Assembly (NCBI GenBank): GCA_964588985.1
Contig: CAZPQW010000025.1
Location: forward strand, 1-46,597
DNA length: 46,597 nucleotides
Direction of reading: 5' to 3'
Source of the DNA: an uncultured Solirubrobacteraceae bacterium
Lineage (GTDB): Bacteria; Actinomycetota; Thermoleophilia; Solirubrobacterales; Solirubrobacteraceae
The notes under the pieces: model-generated
What the model saw: only the letters and a program-made list of their open reading frames with translations
Databases searched by the model: none
Told to the model about the DNA's origin: nothing
In this document: positions 11,231-19,833 of the stretch, one piece after another
Layout: each line of letters opens with the position of its first letter
Position numbering within the stretch: the first letter of the stretch is position 1
Made by a program: the position numbers and the translations under genes

Positions 11231-12672
11231 ACCGCCCGATCGTGCGCCTCTACGGCCTCGTCGCCATCCTGTTCGCGCTGCTCGTCGCGTTCACCTCGCG
11301 CTGGACCGTCTTCGAAGCCTCCTCGCTGCGCGAAAACAAACTCAACGCACGCACGGTGCTCGAGCAGCAGCGCATCGACCGCGGCCCGATCGTCGCCTCC
11401 GACGGAACCGTGCTCGCGCGCAGCGTCCCTCGTACGGAAGGCACCTACGCTCGCACCTACCCCACAGGCGAAGAGTTCGCGCACGCGATCGGCTACTACT
11501 ACAACGCCGGTCTCGGCAGCACAGGCCTCGAGCAGTTCCGCAGCTCCGCGCTGAACGGGAAGACCGGCACCGATCTGCAGAGCGTCCTCGACCAGCTGCA
11601 GGGCAAGGAACCGCGCGGAGACAAGGTCATCACCACGCTCGACACGCGCGCCCAGAAGGTCGCCAACGCCGCGCTCGCCGGCCACCGCGGCGCCCTCGTC
11701 GCGCTCGACCCGCGCACCGGCGCGGTCACCGTGATGGCCTCCTCGCCGAGCTACAACCCCAACGCCCTGCGCTCGGCGAGCGGCTACAGGGCTATCCTGA
11801 GCGACACCACCGGCAAACCGCTCGTCAACCGAGCCACCCAGTTCGGCTACCCGCCCGGCTCCACGTTCAAGGTCGTCACCGCCACCGCCGCCATCGACAC
11901 CGGGGCGTTCACGCCGTCGTCGGTGGTGAACGGCAGCAACGACATCCCGATCTCGGGCGTATCGCTGCGCAACGACCACGACGAGAGCTTCCCGCAGATC
12001 ACCCTCACACAGGCGCTCGTGCACTCCGTCAACACCGCCTGGGCACAGGTCGCCGTGCGGCTCGGCAAGGCCACGCTCGCCCGCTACATGAACCGCTTCG
12101 GCTTCGACCGCAAGCCGCAGCTCGATTACCCCGCGGGGGAGATGTCCAGCAGCGGAGAGTACGGCCCGAAGGGCCTCCTGCAGCCCACCAGCCCACTCGT
12201 GGACGTCGGAAGGATGGGCATCGGCCAGGACAAACTCGAAGTGACCGCGCTGCAGATGGCGGAGGTCGCCTCCGCGGTCGCGAACCGCGGCCGCCTGATG
12301 GTGCCCCACCTCACGAGCCGCATCGTCGACTCCGAAGGGCAGACCGTGCAGACGATCTCCCCGCGGCTGCAATCGGAAGTGATGAAACCGTCGACCGCCA
12401 CCGCCGTAACCTCGATGATGGAAGCCGTCGTCAACGAAGGCACCGGAACCGCCGCGCGGATCCCCGGCGTGCAGGTGGCCGGCAAGACGGGCACCGCGGA
12501 GACGCTGATCGGCAACACGATCAACAACGTGTGGTTCATCGCCTTCGCACCCGCAGCCAACCCCCGCGTCGCCCTCGCGGTGACGCTCCAGGGGGTGCCC
12601 GGCGAAGGCGCCTCGTTCGCCGCGCCGGTCGCCAGAGAAGTGATCGAAAGCCTGCTGAGCGCCCATGGTTGA
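11227..12672 (+). CDS. pbpA: Class B penicillin-binding protein (PbpA)
   Basis: SxxK (PGSTFK), SxN (SVN) and KTG motifs; N-terminal anchor. Confidence 0.93.
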   Translation: MNRPIVRLYGLVAILFALLVAFTSRWTVFEASSLRENKLNARTVLEQQRIDRGPIVASDGTVLARSVPRTEGTYARTYPTGEEFAHAIGYYYNAGLGSTGLEQFRSSALNGKTGTDLQSVLDQLQGKEPRGDKVITTLDTRAQKVANAALAGHRGALVALDPRTGAVTVMASSPSYNPNALRSASGYRAILSDTTGKPLVNRATQFGYPPGSTFKVVTATAAIDTGAFTPSSVVNGSNDIPISGVSLRNDHDESFPQITLTQALVHSVNTAWAQVAVRLGKATLARYMNRFGFDRKPQLDYPAGEMSSSGEYGPKGLLQPTSPLVDVGRMGIGQDKLEVTALQMAEVASAVANRGRLMVPHLTSRIVDSEGQTVQTISPRLQSEVMKPSTATAVTSMMEAVVNEGTGTAARIPGVQVAGKTGTAETLIGNTINNVWFIAFAPAANPRVALAVTLQGVPGEGASFAAPVAREVIESLLSAHG

Positions 12673-14611
12673 ACCGGACACGATCATCGACGGCCGCTAC
12701 CGGGTGATCTCGCGCCTCGGCTCGGGCGGGATGGCCGACGTGTACCTCGCCAAGGACCAGCTCCTCGGCCGCGACGTCGCCGTCAAGATCCTGCACCACC
12801 ACTTCGCCGAAGACCACGAGTTCGTCGAGCGCTTCCGCCGCGAGGCCTCGAGCGCCGCCGCGCTCTCGCACCCCAACATCGTCGCGATCTTCGACCGCGG
12901 GGAGTGGAACGGCACCTACTACATAGCGATGGAGTACGTGGCCGGCCGCTCGCTCAAGGCGATCGTGCGCGAGGACGGCGCGCTGCCGGCCGCCACCGCG
13001 ATCGACATCGTCATCCAGATCCTGCGCGCCGCTCGCTTCGCCCACCGTCGCGGCGTCATCCACCGCGACCTCAAGCCGCACAACGTGATCATCGACGAAG
13101 AGGGTCGCGCCCGCGTCACCGACTTCGGGATCGCCCGCGCCGGAGCGTCGGACATGACGCTCACCGGCTCGATCATGGGCACCGCCCAGTACCTCTCGCC
13201 CGAGCAGGCGCAGGGCCATGCGGTCAGCGGCGCCTCCGATCTCTACTCGGTCGGCGTGATCCTCTACGAGCTGCTCACCGGCGTCGTTCCGTTCGAGGGC
13301 GAGACGGCCGTCGCGATCGCCTTCAAGCAGGTCTCCGCCGAACCTCGTCCGCCGAGCGAGCTGAACCCCGCCGTGCCGCCGTCGCTCGACGCGGTCGTGC
13401 TGCGCTCGCTCGCCAAGGACCCGGCCGCACGCTACGCCGACGCGGACGAGCTGATCGTCGCGCTCCAACACGAGCGCGACGCGCTGCCCGCGTTCGCCGG
13501 CGCCGACGCGCTCACCGCGGTCGAGGGGCACGTCCACCACGTGCAGCCGCACCCCGCGATGCCGGCCACCGGCTCGCTGCTGATGGCGCCGGCCGGCGGC
13601 TTCGGCCCCGACTACGCCCCGCCCGGTCCCGACGATCGCGCAGGGCGGCGACGCAGAGCGATGTGGTGGGGTCTGGCCGCGGTGGTCGTGGTCGCCGCCG
13701 CGGTGCTCGCGGTCCTGCTCCTGCAGTCCAAGCAGCAGACGGTGATCGTGCCGAACGTCGCCGCGCAGAGCGAACAGACCGCCGGCGCGACGCTGCGCAG
13801 CGCCGGGCTGAACCCCGTGCCGTCGCTCGCGCCGAGCACCACCGTCCCGGTCGGCCTCGTCATCAGCCAGTCCCCAGCGGCCGGCAGCCGTGTCGAAAAG
13901 GGCTCTCGCGTGAGCATTGTCGTCTCCGGCGGCCCGTCGAGCGCGGCACTCGTCAACGTCGCCGGGCTGACCACCGCGAAGGCGGCCGCGCAGCTGCGCA
14001 AAGCGGGCTTCAAGCCTGCCACCAGGGCGCAGTCGAGCGCCACTGTGAAGTCCGGTCTGGTGATCTCCACCGAACCGCCGGCGGGCACCGAGGTGCAGGT
14101 GGGGAGCGTCGTCACGATGCTCGTCTCCAGCGGCCCCGCGCCGGTGAACGTGCCCGACGTCACCGGCGAGACGCTGACCGCGGCCGAAGCGTCGCTCGCG
14201 GAAGCGAAGCTCGCGCTGGGCACGGTCACGCAGAAGGTCTCCGACACCGAACCGCCCGAAACGGTGCTCTCGCAGTCCCCCGCCGGCGGGCGCTCGGTGC
14301 GTGCGGGCAGCAAGGTGAACCTCACGGTCGCGCAGGAACCGAAGGAGGTGGCGGTGCCGGGGGTGGTCGGCCAGAGCGAAGTGCAGGCGGTGGCCACGCT
14401 TGAAAAAGCGGGCTTCGCGGTCAAAACCGTCAACGAAGCCACGAGCGACACCACGAAAGTGGGGGCCGTCTTGAGCCAGAGCCCTGTCGCCGGCGCGAAA
14501 GCCCGCAAAGGCTCCACCGTCACCGTCACGATCGGCGCGCTCAACCAGCAGACCACGCCAACCACCACCACGACCACGACCACCACAACCCCACCCCCAG
14601 CGTCGGGCTGA
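12665..14611 (+). CDS. pknB: PASTA-domain Ser/Thr kinase (PknB/Stk1)
   Basis: LGSGGMADVY, HRDLKPHN, DFGIARA, GTAQYLSPE, a TM helix and four PASTA repeats. Confidence 0.95.
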   Translation: MVEPDTIIDGRYRVISRLGSGGMADVYLAKDQLLGRDVAVKILHHHFAEDHEFVERFRREASSAAALSHPNIVAIFDRGEWNGTYYIAMEYVAGRSLKAIVREDGALPAATAIDIVIQILRAARFAHRRGVIHRDLKPHNVIIDEEGRARVTDFGIARAGASDMTLTGSIMGTAQYLSPEQAQGHAVSGASDLYSVGVILYELLTGVVPFEGETAVAIAFKQVSAEPRPPSELNPAVPPSLDAVVLRSLAKDPAARYADADELIVALQHERDALPAFAGADALTAVEGHVHHVQPHPAMPATGSLLMAPAGGFGPDYAPPGPDDRAGRRRRAMWWGLAAVVVVAAAVLAVLLLQSKQQTVIVPNVAAQSEQTAGATLRSAGLNPVPSLAPSTTVPVGLVISQSPAAGSRVEKGSRVSIVVSGGPSSAALVNVAGLTTAKAAAQLRKAGFKPATRAQSSATVKSGLVISTEPPAGTEVQVGSVVTMLVSSGPAPVNVPDVTGETLTAAEASLAEAKLALGTVTQKVSDTEPPETVLSQSPAGGRSVRAGSKVNLTVAQEPKEVAVPGVVGQSEVQAVATLEKAGFAVKTVNEATSDTTKVGAVLSQSPVAGAKARKGSTVTVTIGALNQQTTPTTTTTTTTTTPPPASG

Positions 14612-14620
14612 TCGACCGGC

Positions 14621-15619
14621 ATGAACCTGACGTCACAGCCAGACACGCGAGCGCTCACGGTCGTCGTGCTCGCCGGGGGCCGCTCCTCCGAGCATGAGGT
14701 CTCGCTCTCCTCGGCCGCCGCGGTCCGCGACGGGCTGCGCGCGAGCGGCCACGACGTCATCTGGGTCGAGGTCGGCCGCGACGGCGCATGGCGACGCGAC
14801 GGCGAGCCGCTGAGCGTCACGCCCGGGGCCGGCCTGCTCGACGCGGATGTCGCGTTCCCCGTGCTGCATGGTCCGTTTGGAGAGGATGGGACCGTGCAGG
14901 GCTTGCTCGAGACCCTCGACGTGCCCTACGTCGGCGCCGGTGTCGCGGCCTCGGCGGTGTGCCTGGACAAGGTGCTCTTCAAGGAGCTGATGTCCGCGGT
15001 GGGCATCCCCCAGGTTGACTACGTCGGCGTACGCGCCGAGCGCTTCGACGCCGAGCGCGAACAGGTGCTCGAGGAGATCGCAGCGCTGGAGCTGCCGGTG
15101 TTCGTCAAGCCCGCCCACCTCGGCTCCTCCGTCGGGATCGTCAAGGTGCAGGAGCCCGACGCGCTCGCCGAGGCGCTGCTCGGAGCATTCGCCCACGACG
15201 ACCTCGCGATCGTCGAGGCGATGTCCCACGGGATGGAGGTCGAGTGCGGCGTGCTGGACACGTTCGTCTCCGAGCCGGGGGAGATCGCGTTTCCCGGCGA
15301 CTGGTACGACTACGAGGCGAAGTACACGCCCGGCGGCATGGAGCTGAGGATCCCCGCGGCGATCTCGCCGAGCGCCCGCGAGCGGGTGCGGGAGCTCGCG
15401 TCGAAGGCGTTCCTCGCCAGCGGCTGCCACGGCCTCGCACGCGTCGACTTCTTCGTCGACGGCGAGCATGTGCTCGTCAACGAGCTAAACACGATGCCCG
15501 GCTTCACGCCCACGAGCGTCTACGCAAAGCTGCTCGACGCCTCGGGCGTGCCCTACCCGCAGGTGGTCGACCGGCTCTGCCGTCTCGCGCTCGAGCGCCA
15601 CGCCCGGCGCGTCACCTGA
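14621..15619 (+). CDS. ddl: D-alanine--D-alanine ligase
   Basis: GGRSSEHEVS, FPVLHGPFGEDG, VKPAHLGSSVG, YDYEAKY, NELNTMPGFT. Confidence 0.95.
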   Translation: MNLTSQPDTRALTVVVLAGGRSSEHEVSLSSAAAVRDGLRASGHDVIWVEVGRDGAWRRDGEPLSVTPGAGLLDADVAFPVLHGPFGEDGTVQGLLETLDVPYVGAGVAASAVCLDKVLFKELMSAVGIPQVDYVGVRAERFDAEREQVLEEIAALELPVFVKPAHLGSSVGIVKVQEPDALAEALLGAFAHDDLAIVEAMSHGMEVECGVLDTFVSEPGEIAFPGDWYDYEAKYTPGGMELRIPAAISPSARERVRELASKAFLASGCHGLARVDFFVDGEHVLVNELNTMPGFTPTSVYAKLLDASGVPYPQVVDRLCRLALERHARRVT

Positions 15620-17186
15620 ACAGCGCGATCTCCGAGATCGTCGCGGACTGGCTCTTCGGCGGCAACGACGTCAGCCACACGAGGTAGTAGCGGTAGGACT
15701 GGCCGAGCAGGCTCAGCTTGACGCGCGCGCCACTTCGAACGTGTGCGCTCGTGCCCACCGGCCCCTGCCAGCCGCGTTCGCTCAACGGCTCCGAGGAGCC
15801 GTATGGCAGCTGCAGGGCGACGTGGTCTGCGGCGTAGATCTGCACCGCGAACCCCGGGGTCGGCGTCTGGATCGCGATCGCCTTCGCTGTAACTCCGGGT
15901 GCCGCGTCGAGATACACGCCCAGGCCGACGCCGCCCGCCTTCTTCAGCGTCTCGTCGTAGTACTGCTCGGTGCTCCACGTCGTGTTGGGGTCGTTGTCGA
16001 CCACGTTGCCCACCAGGTCGCGGTTTTCCGGCCCGGTGCCGAACGGGTTGTAGTCATGCGCGGCGCTGTCCGCGAGCTGCACCTGCACGAGCCCTGCGCG
16101 CGACTGCGCTTCGCCCGCCGTCCCGGTGCCGCGGTGGGCCTGCTGCGCCGCGAGCGCGAGCGCGAGCGCCACGCCCGCAACGAGCACCGCCAGCGACCCC
16201 GCCCAGCGCGCGGGGTGGCGCATCCGCCACGGCACGCGCCGCCGCGCTCTGCCCGGGAGCGTGCGCAGCACGGTCGTGGCCTCACCCGTAGCCTGCCCGG
16301 AGCGGGACGCCTCGAGCGCCAGCACCTCCTCCAGCGCCGCGACCATGCTCGCCGCGTCCGGATAGCGATGGGAGAGATCCTTCGCCACCGCGCGATCGAC
16401 CACAGCGGCCGTCGACGCGGAGATTTCGGGGCGCATCAGCTGCACGTCGGGGATGTCCTCGCGCACGTGCTTCATCGCCACCGCCACCGGCGAGTCACCG
16501 TGAAAGGGGACGTCCCCCGTGAGCATCTCGTAGAGGACCACGCCTAGCGAGTACAGGTCCGACTGCCCGGTCACGGGTTGTCCCAGCGCCTGCTCGGGGG
16601 AGACGTAGTCGGTGGTCCCGAGCACCCGTCCGGCGAGCGTCAGGCCTTCCTCGGTGAGCGTGCGCGCGATCCCGAAGTCGGTGATCTTCGCCCCGCCCTC
16701 CTCGCTGATCAGCACGTTGTGTGGCTTGACGTCGCGGTGGACGATCTGGCGATCGTGCGCCGCCCCGAGGGCGCGCGCGATCTCGATCGCGTACGCGATC
16801 GCCTGCGGGATGTCCATCGGCCCTTCGCGACGGATCACCTGCTTGAGCGTCTCCCCGGCGACGTACTCGAGCACGATGTATGGCGTGCCCACCTCAGGCG
16901 CCGTGCCGCCGCCCTCGCCATGCTGCGCTCCCTCGCCGGACGGCTCCTCGCCGGCGTCGATCACGGTCACCACGTGCGGGTGGTTCAGCTGCGCCACCGA
17001 GCGGGCCTCCCGCCGAAAGCGCTCCAGCTGGTCGGAGTCGGCCGCGATCTCGCGGTGCATCAGCTTGATCGCCACCGGTCGTTCGAGCACCGTGTCGAAC
17101 GCGCGGTACACCGTCGACATCCCGCCGCGCCCGATCTCCGCGTCGAGCCGGTAGCGCCCGCCGATGATTGTCCCGAGCGCCGTCAT
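15612..17186 (-). CDS. Ser/Thr kinase with TM and extracellular discoidin-like beta-sandwich
   Basis: IGRGGMSTVY, HRDVKPHN, DFGIAR, GTTDYVSPE. ATG at 17186 has an SD (GGAGGG) and overlaps the uppP stop. Confidence 0.92.
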   Translation of the reverse strand: MTALGTIIGGRYRLDAEIGRGGMSTVYRAFDTVLERPVAIKLMHREIAADSDQLERFRREARSVAQLNHPHVVTVIDAGEEPSGEGAQHGEGGGTAPEVGTPYIVLEYVAGETLKQVIRREGPMDIPQAIAYAIEIARALGAAHDRQIVHRDVKPHNVLISEEGGAKITDFGIARTLTEEGLTLAGRVLGTTDYVSPEQALGQPVTGQSDLYSLGVVLYEMLTGDVPFHGDSPVAVAMKHVREDIPDVQLMRPEISASTAAVVDRAVAKDLSHRYPDAASMVAALEEVLALEASRSGQATGEATTVLRTLPGRARRRVPWRMRHPARWAGSLAVLVAGVALALALAAQQAHRGTGTAGEAQSRAGLVQVQLADSAAHDYNPFGTGPENRDLVGNVVDNDPNTTWSTEQYYDETLKKAGGVGLGVYLDAAPGVTAKAIAIQTPTPGFAVQIYAADHVALQLPYGSSEPLSERGWQGPVGTSAHVRSGARVKLSLLGQSYRYYLVWLTSLPPKSQSATISEIALFR

Positions 17187-18013
17187 CCCTCCAAGCGCTC
17201 CCTGCGCAGGCGCGCCATCACGAGACCCGCGAGCAGACACCGATACAGCGAGTACCCCAGCAGCGAGCGCCGCTCACGACCGCGTTCACGAAGCGCCCCG
17301 ACGCTCGCGAGGGTCGACAGGAAGGCGCTCGCGCCCCCCAGAGCCAGGCCTGCGCGCGCGCGGCGAGGCGCGCCGTGGGAGAGCAGCCGCCCGCCCTTCA
17401 ACACGCTCGCGCCGAGGATCACCGGCAGCGCCACGTTCCACGACAGCGTGTGAGACGCCTCGCGGCCGAAGCCTCGCGCACGTGCCGCTGTCAGCGTGGC
17501 GCCGTTGCGCGACACCCCTGGGATCAACGCACTCGCCTGCGCGAGGCCGAGGGCGAGACCGTCAGCCGCGCTCGCGTCATCGCACGGACGCCCCTCGCCT
17601 CTCCCCGCGCGTGTGTCCGCGAGCGCCATCGCCAACCCCCCGGCCGCGAGGCCGAGCGCGATCGAGCGCGGCCCGCCGAGCAGCCGCTCGATGCGAGAGC
17701 GCAGCACCAAGCCCGCGAGTGCGGGCGGCGCGAGCGCGAGCGCGAGCACGGCGGCGCTTCGCCGGTCCATGCTCGTCACCTCGTCCAGCAGCTGGCCGCG
17801 CATGTCGATCGCCAGCGCCAGTCCCGCGCCGGCGTGCAGCGCGACCTCGAAGGACTTGCGCAGCTCGCCGTCCAGCTCCGCGTACGGCCAGCCCGCCAGC
17901 CAGGGCAGCAACGCGATGTGTCCGGAGGATGAGATCGGCAGCAGCTCGGTGGGTCCCTGCAGCAGACCGAGCGCCACCGCGTGGCGAAGCGCGAGCGTCT
18001 CAGTCGAGCGCAT
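17183..18013 (-). CDS. uppP: Undecaprenyl-diphosphate phosphatase (BacA/UppP)
   Basis: LGLLQGPTELLPISSSGH and ALIPGVSRNGAT motifs; polytopic membrane protein. Confidence 0.92.
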   Translation of the reverse strand: MRSTETLALRHAVALGLLQGPTELLPISSSGHIALLPWLAGWPYAELDGELRKSFEVALHAGAGLALAIDMRGQLLDEVTSMDRRSAAVLALALAPPALAGLVLRSRIERLLGGPRSIALGLAAGGLAMALADTRAGRGEGRPCDDASAADGLALGLAQASALIPGVSRNGATLTAARARGFGREASHTLSWNVALPVILGASVLKGGRLLSHGAPRRARAGLALGGASAFLSTLASVGALRERGRERRSLLGYSLYRCLLAGLVMARLRRERLEG

Positions 18014-18665
18014 CGTGCGCCGGGTCGCGGCGTCCCTGCCGCCGACGCACGATCGCGTAGGCGATCCCGATCACCACCAACGCAACGATCGCGTAGTCGA
18101 CGTACTCGAAGCCCTTGCGAACGCTCGTCCAGTCCCCGCCGAGCGCGTGACCGGCGATCGCCAGGCCGAGCACCCAGGGGACCGTGCCGATCAGTGAGAA
18201 CACCGTGAAGCGCCCCACCGGCATCTTCGAGACGCCCGCCGGCAGCGACACGAACGCCCTCACCAGCGGCACCACGCGACCGAACAGCACGATCGCCTCG
18301 CCGTGACGCTGGAACAGTCGATCCGCGCGCTCGATCTGCGTGGGCCCCATGTGCAGCTTTGCGCCATGGCGTTCGAGCAGCTCCAGACGGCCGCCGCGCC
18401 CGACCGCGTACGCGACCCACGAGCCGACCATCGTGCCCACAAGTCCCGCGAGCACTATCCCCACCATCGTGAGGTGGTGATGGGAGGCGCTCTGGCCAGG
18501 GTCCGCCACGGCAAAACCCGCGAACAGCATCACGACCTCCGAGGGAATCGGGATGCACGCGCTCGAGATCGCCATCAGCGCGAAGATCCCCGGCAGGCCC
18601 GCTTCGCGGACGAAGTGCGAGGTTTCGTTGACCAGCGTTTCCGATATCGAGGCTAGGACGAGCAC
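18000..18665 (-). CDS. DedA family membrane protein
   Basis: PIPSEVVMLFAG, GSWVAYAVGR, FGRVVPLVRAFVSLPAG. Start uncertain (18665 or 18719). Confidence 0.9.
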   Translation of the reverse strand: MLVLASISETLVNETSHFVREAGLPGIFALMAISSACIPIPSEVVMLFAGFAVADPGQSASHHHLTMVGIVLAGLVGTMVGSWVAYAVGRGGRLELLERHGAKLHMGPTQIERADRLFQRHGEAIVLFGRVVPLVRAFVSLPAGVSKMPVGRFTVFSLIGTVPWVLGLAIAGHALGGDWTSVRKGFEYVDYAIVALVVIGIAYAIVRRRQGRRDPAHDALD

Positions 18666-18741
18666 CGCGCGGGCAACGATACCTGCGAAGCGGGCGTCGC
18701 GATGAGCCTTCGCCGCCACGGAGCGTTACCGTCCGTCGCGA

Positions 18742-19788
18742 ATGCGCGTCTGGATCGACCTGACCAACAGCCCCCACGTACTGGTGATGAGGCCGGTCGT
18801 CGAACTGCTGAGCGCCGAAGGCCACGAGGTCCGCGTGACAGCCCGCGACTTCGCCCAGACCGTCGAGCTGTGCGACCGCTTCGACATCGCCCACACGACC
18901 ATCGGCCACCACCGCGGCGGGCGGCTCGCCGCCAAGGGCATCGGCCTGCTCTCGCGCTCGAGCGCCCTGCTGCGCTGGGCTCGCTCCCAGGCTCGCCAGC
19001 CCGGCGGCGCGCCGTTCGACATCGCGCTCGGCCACGGCTCCAATGACGTGACCGTCGCCGCGGCGCTGCTGCGAATACCCAGCTCCACGATGTTCGACTA
19101 CGAGTGGGCCACCGTCCAGCACAACGTCAACTGCCGCCTCGCGTGCGCCGTCGTGGTGCCCGACGCGATCCCGCTCGAGCGCCTCGCGCGCTACGGCGCC
19201 AAGCGCAAGGTGCGCGCGTACGCGGGCCTGAAGGAGGAGTACTACCTCGCCGACTTCGAGCCTGACACGCGCGTGTTGGGAGAGCTGGCACTCGATCCGT
19301 CGCGCCCGATCGTGCTCGTGCGCACGCCGCCCGATGTCTCGCTCTACCACCGTTTCGAGAACGACCTGTTCGCGAACGTGCTGCGGCGGCTGAGCGCCGC
19401 GGCGGAGCGGGGCGTGCAGACGGTGGTGTTGCCGCGCGTGGACGCGCAGCGCGAGGAGCTCCGTCGCGCCGGCGGCTTCGTCGTCCCGGAGCACGCGATC
19501 GACGCCCAGTCGCTGATCGCCCACGCCGACCTCGTGATCTCCGCCGGGGGCACCATGAATCGCGAGGCCGTCGCGCTCGGCACGCCCGTCTACACCACCT
19601 TCCAGGGTCGTCTCGGCGCGGTCGACGAGCGCCTGATCTCCGACGGCCGCCTGCGCACGCTCGAGGACGCCGACACGCTCGATCTGACCAAGCGCGACCG
19701 TTCAAGCGCCGCGACCCGCGTGCGCCGCGACCCGCGCTCGCTCGTCGAGCTGCTGCTCTCCCCGCTGCAACAGTCCTCCCGGGCCTAA
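18742..19788 (+). CDS. DUF354-family GT-B fold protein
   Basis: MRVWIDLTNSPHV N-terminus, GLKEEYYL, ISAGGTMNREAVALGTP. Confidence 0.85.
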   Translation: MRVWIDLTNSPHVLVMRPVVELLSAEGHEVRVTARDFAQTVELCDRFDIAHTTIGHHRGGRLAAKGIGLLSRSSALLRWARSQARQPGGAPFDIALGHGSNDVTVAAALLRIPSSTMFDYEWATVQHNVNCRLACAVVVPDAIPLERLARYGAKRKVRAYAGLKEEYYLADFEPDTRVLGELALDPSRPIVLVRTPPDVSLYHRFENDLFANVLRRLSAAAERGVQTVVLPRVDAQREELRRAGGFVVPEHAIDAQSLIAHADLVISAGGTMNREAVALGTPVYTTFQGRLGAVDERLISDGRLRTLEDADTLDLTKRDRSSAATRVRRDPRSLVELLLSPLQQSSRA

Positions 19789-19833
19789 CAGCCCGGTACG
19801 CCCCAGTCGGGGTGGGCCCTTACAATTCTCGCG

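Noticed and set aside
14621-15619. Van-type D-Ala-D-Lac ligase
   Set aside because: The omega loop YDYEAKY is the D-Ala-D-Ala type, and no vanH/vanX genes are nearby.
16148-16170. GCGAGC tandem repeats (also near 17729-17747) and ACC runs near 14560-14590
   Set aside because: Explained by Leu-Ala and poly-Thr coding tracts; not CRISPR or VNTR arrays.
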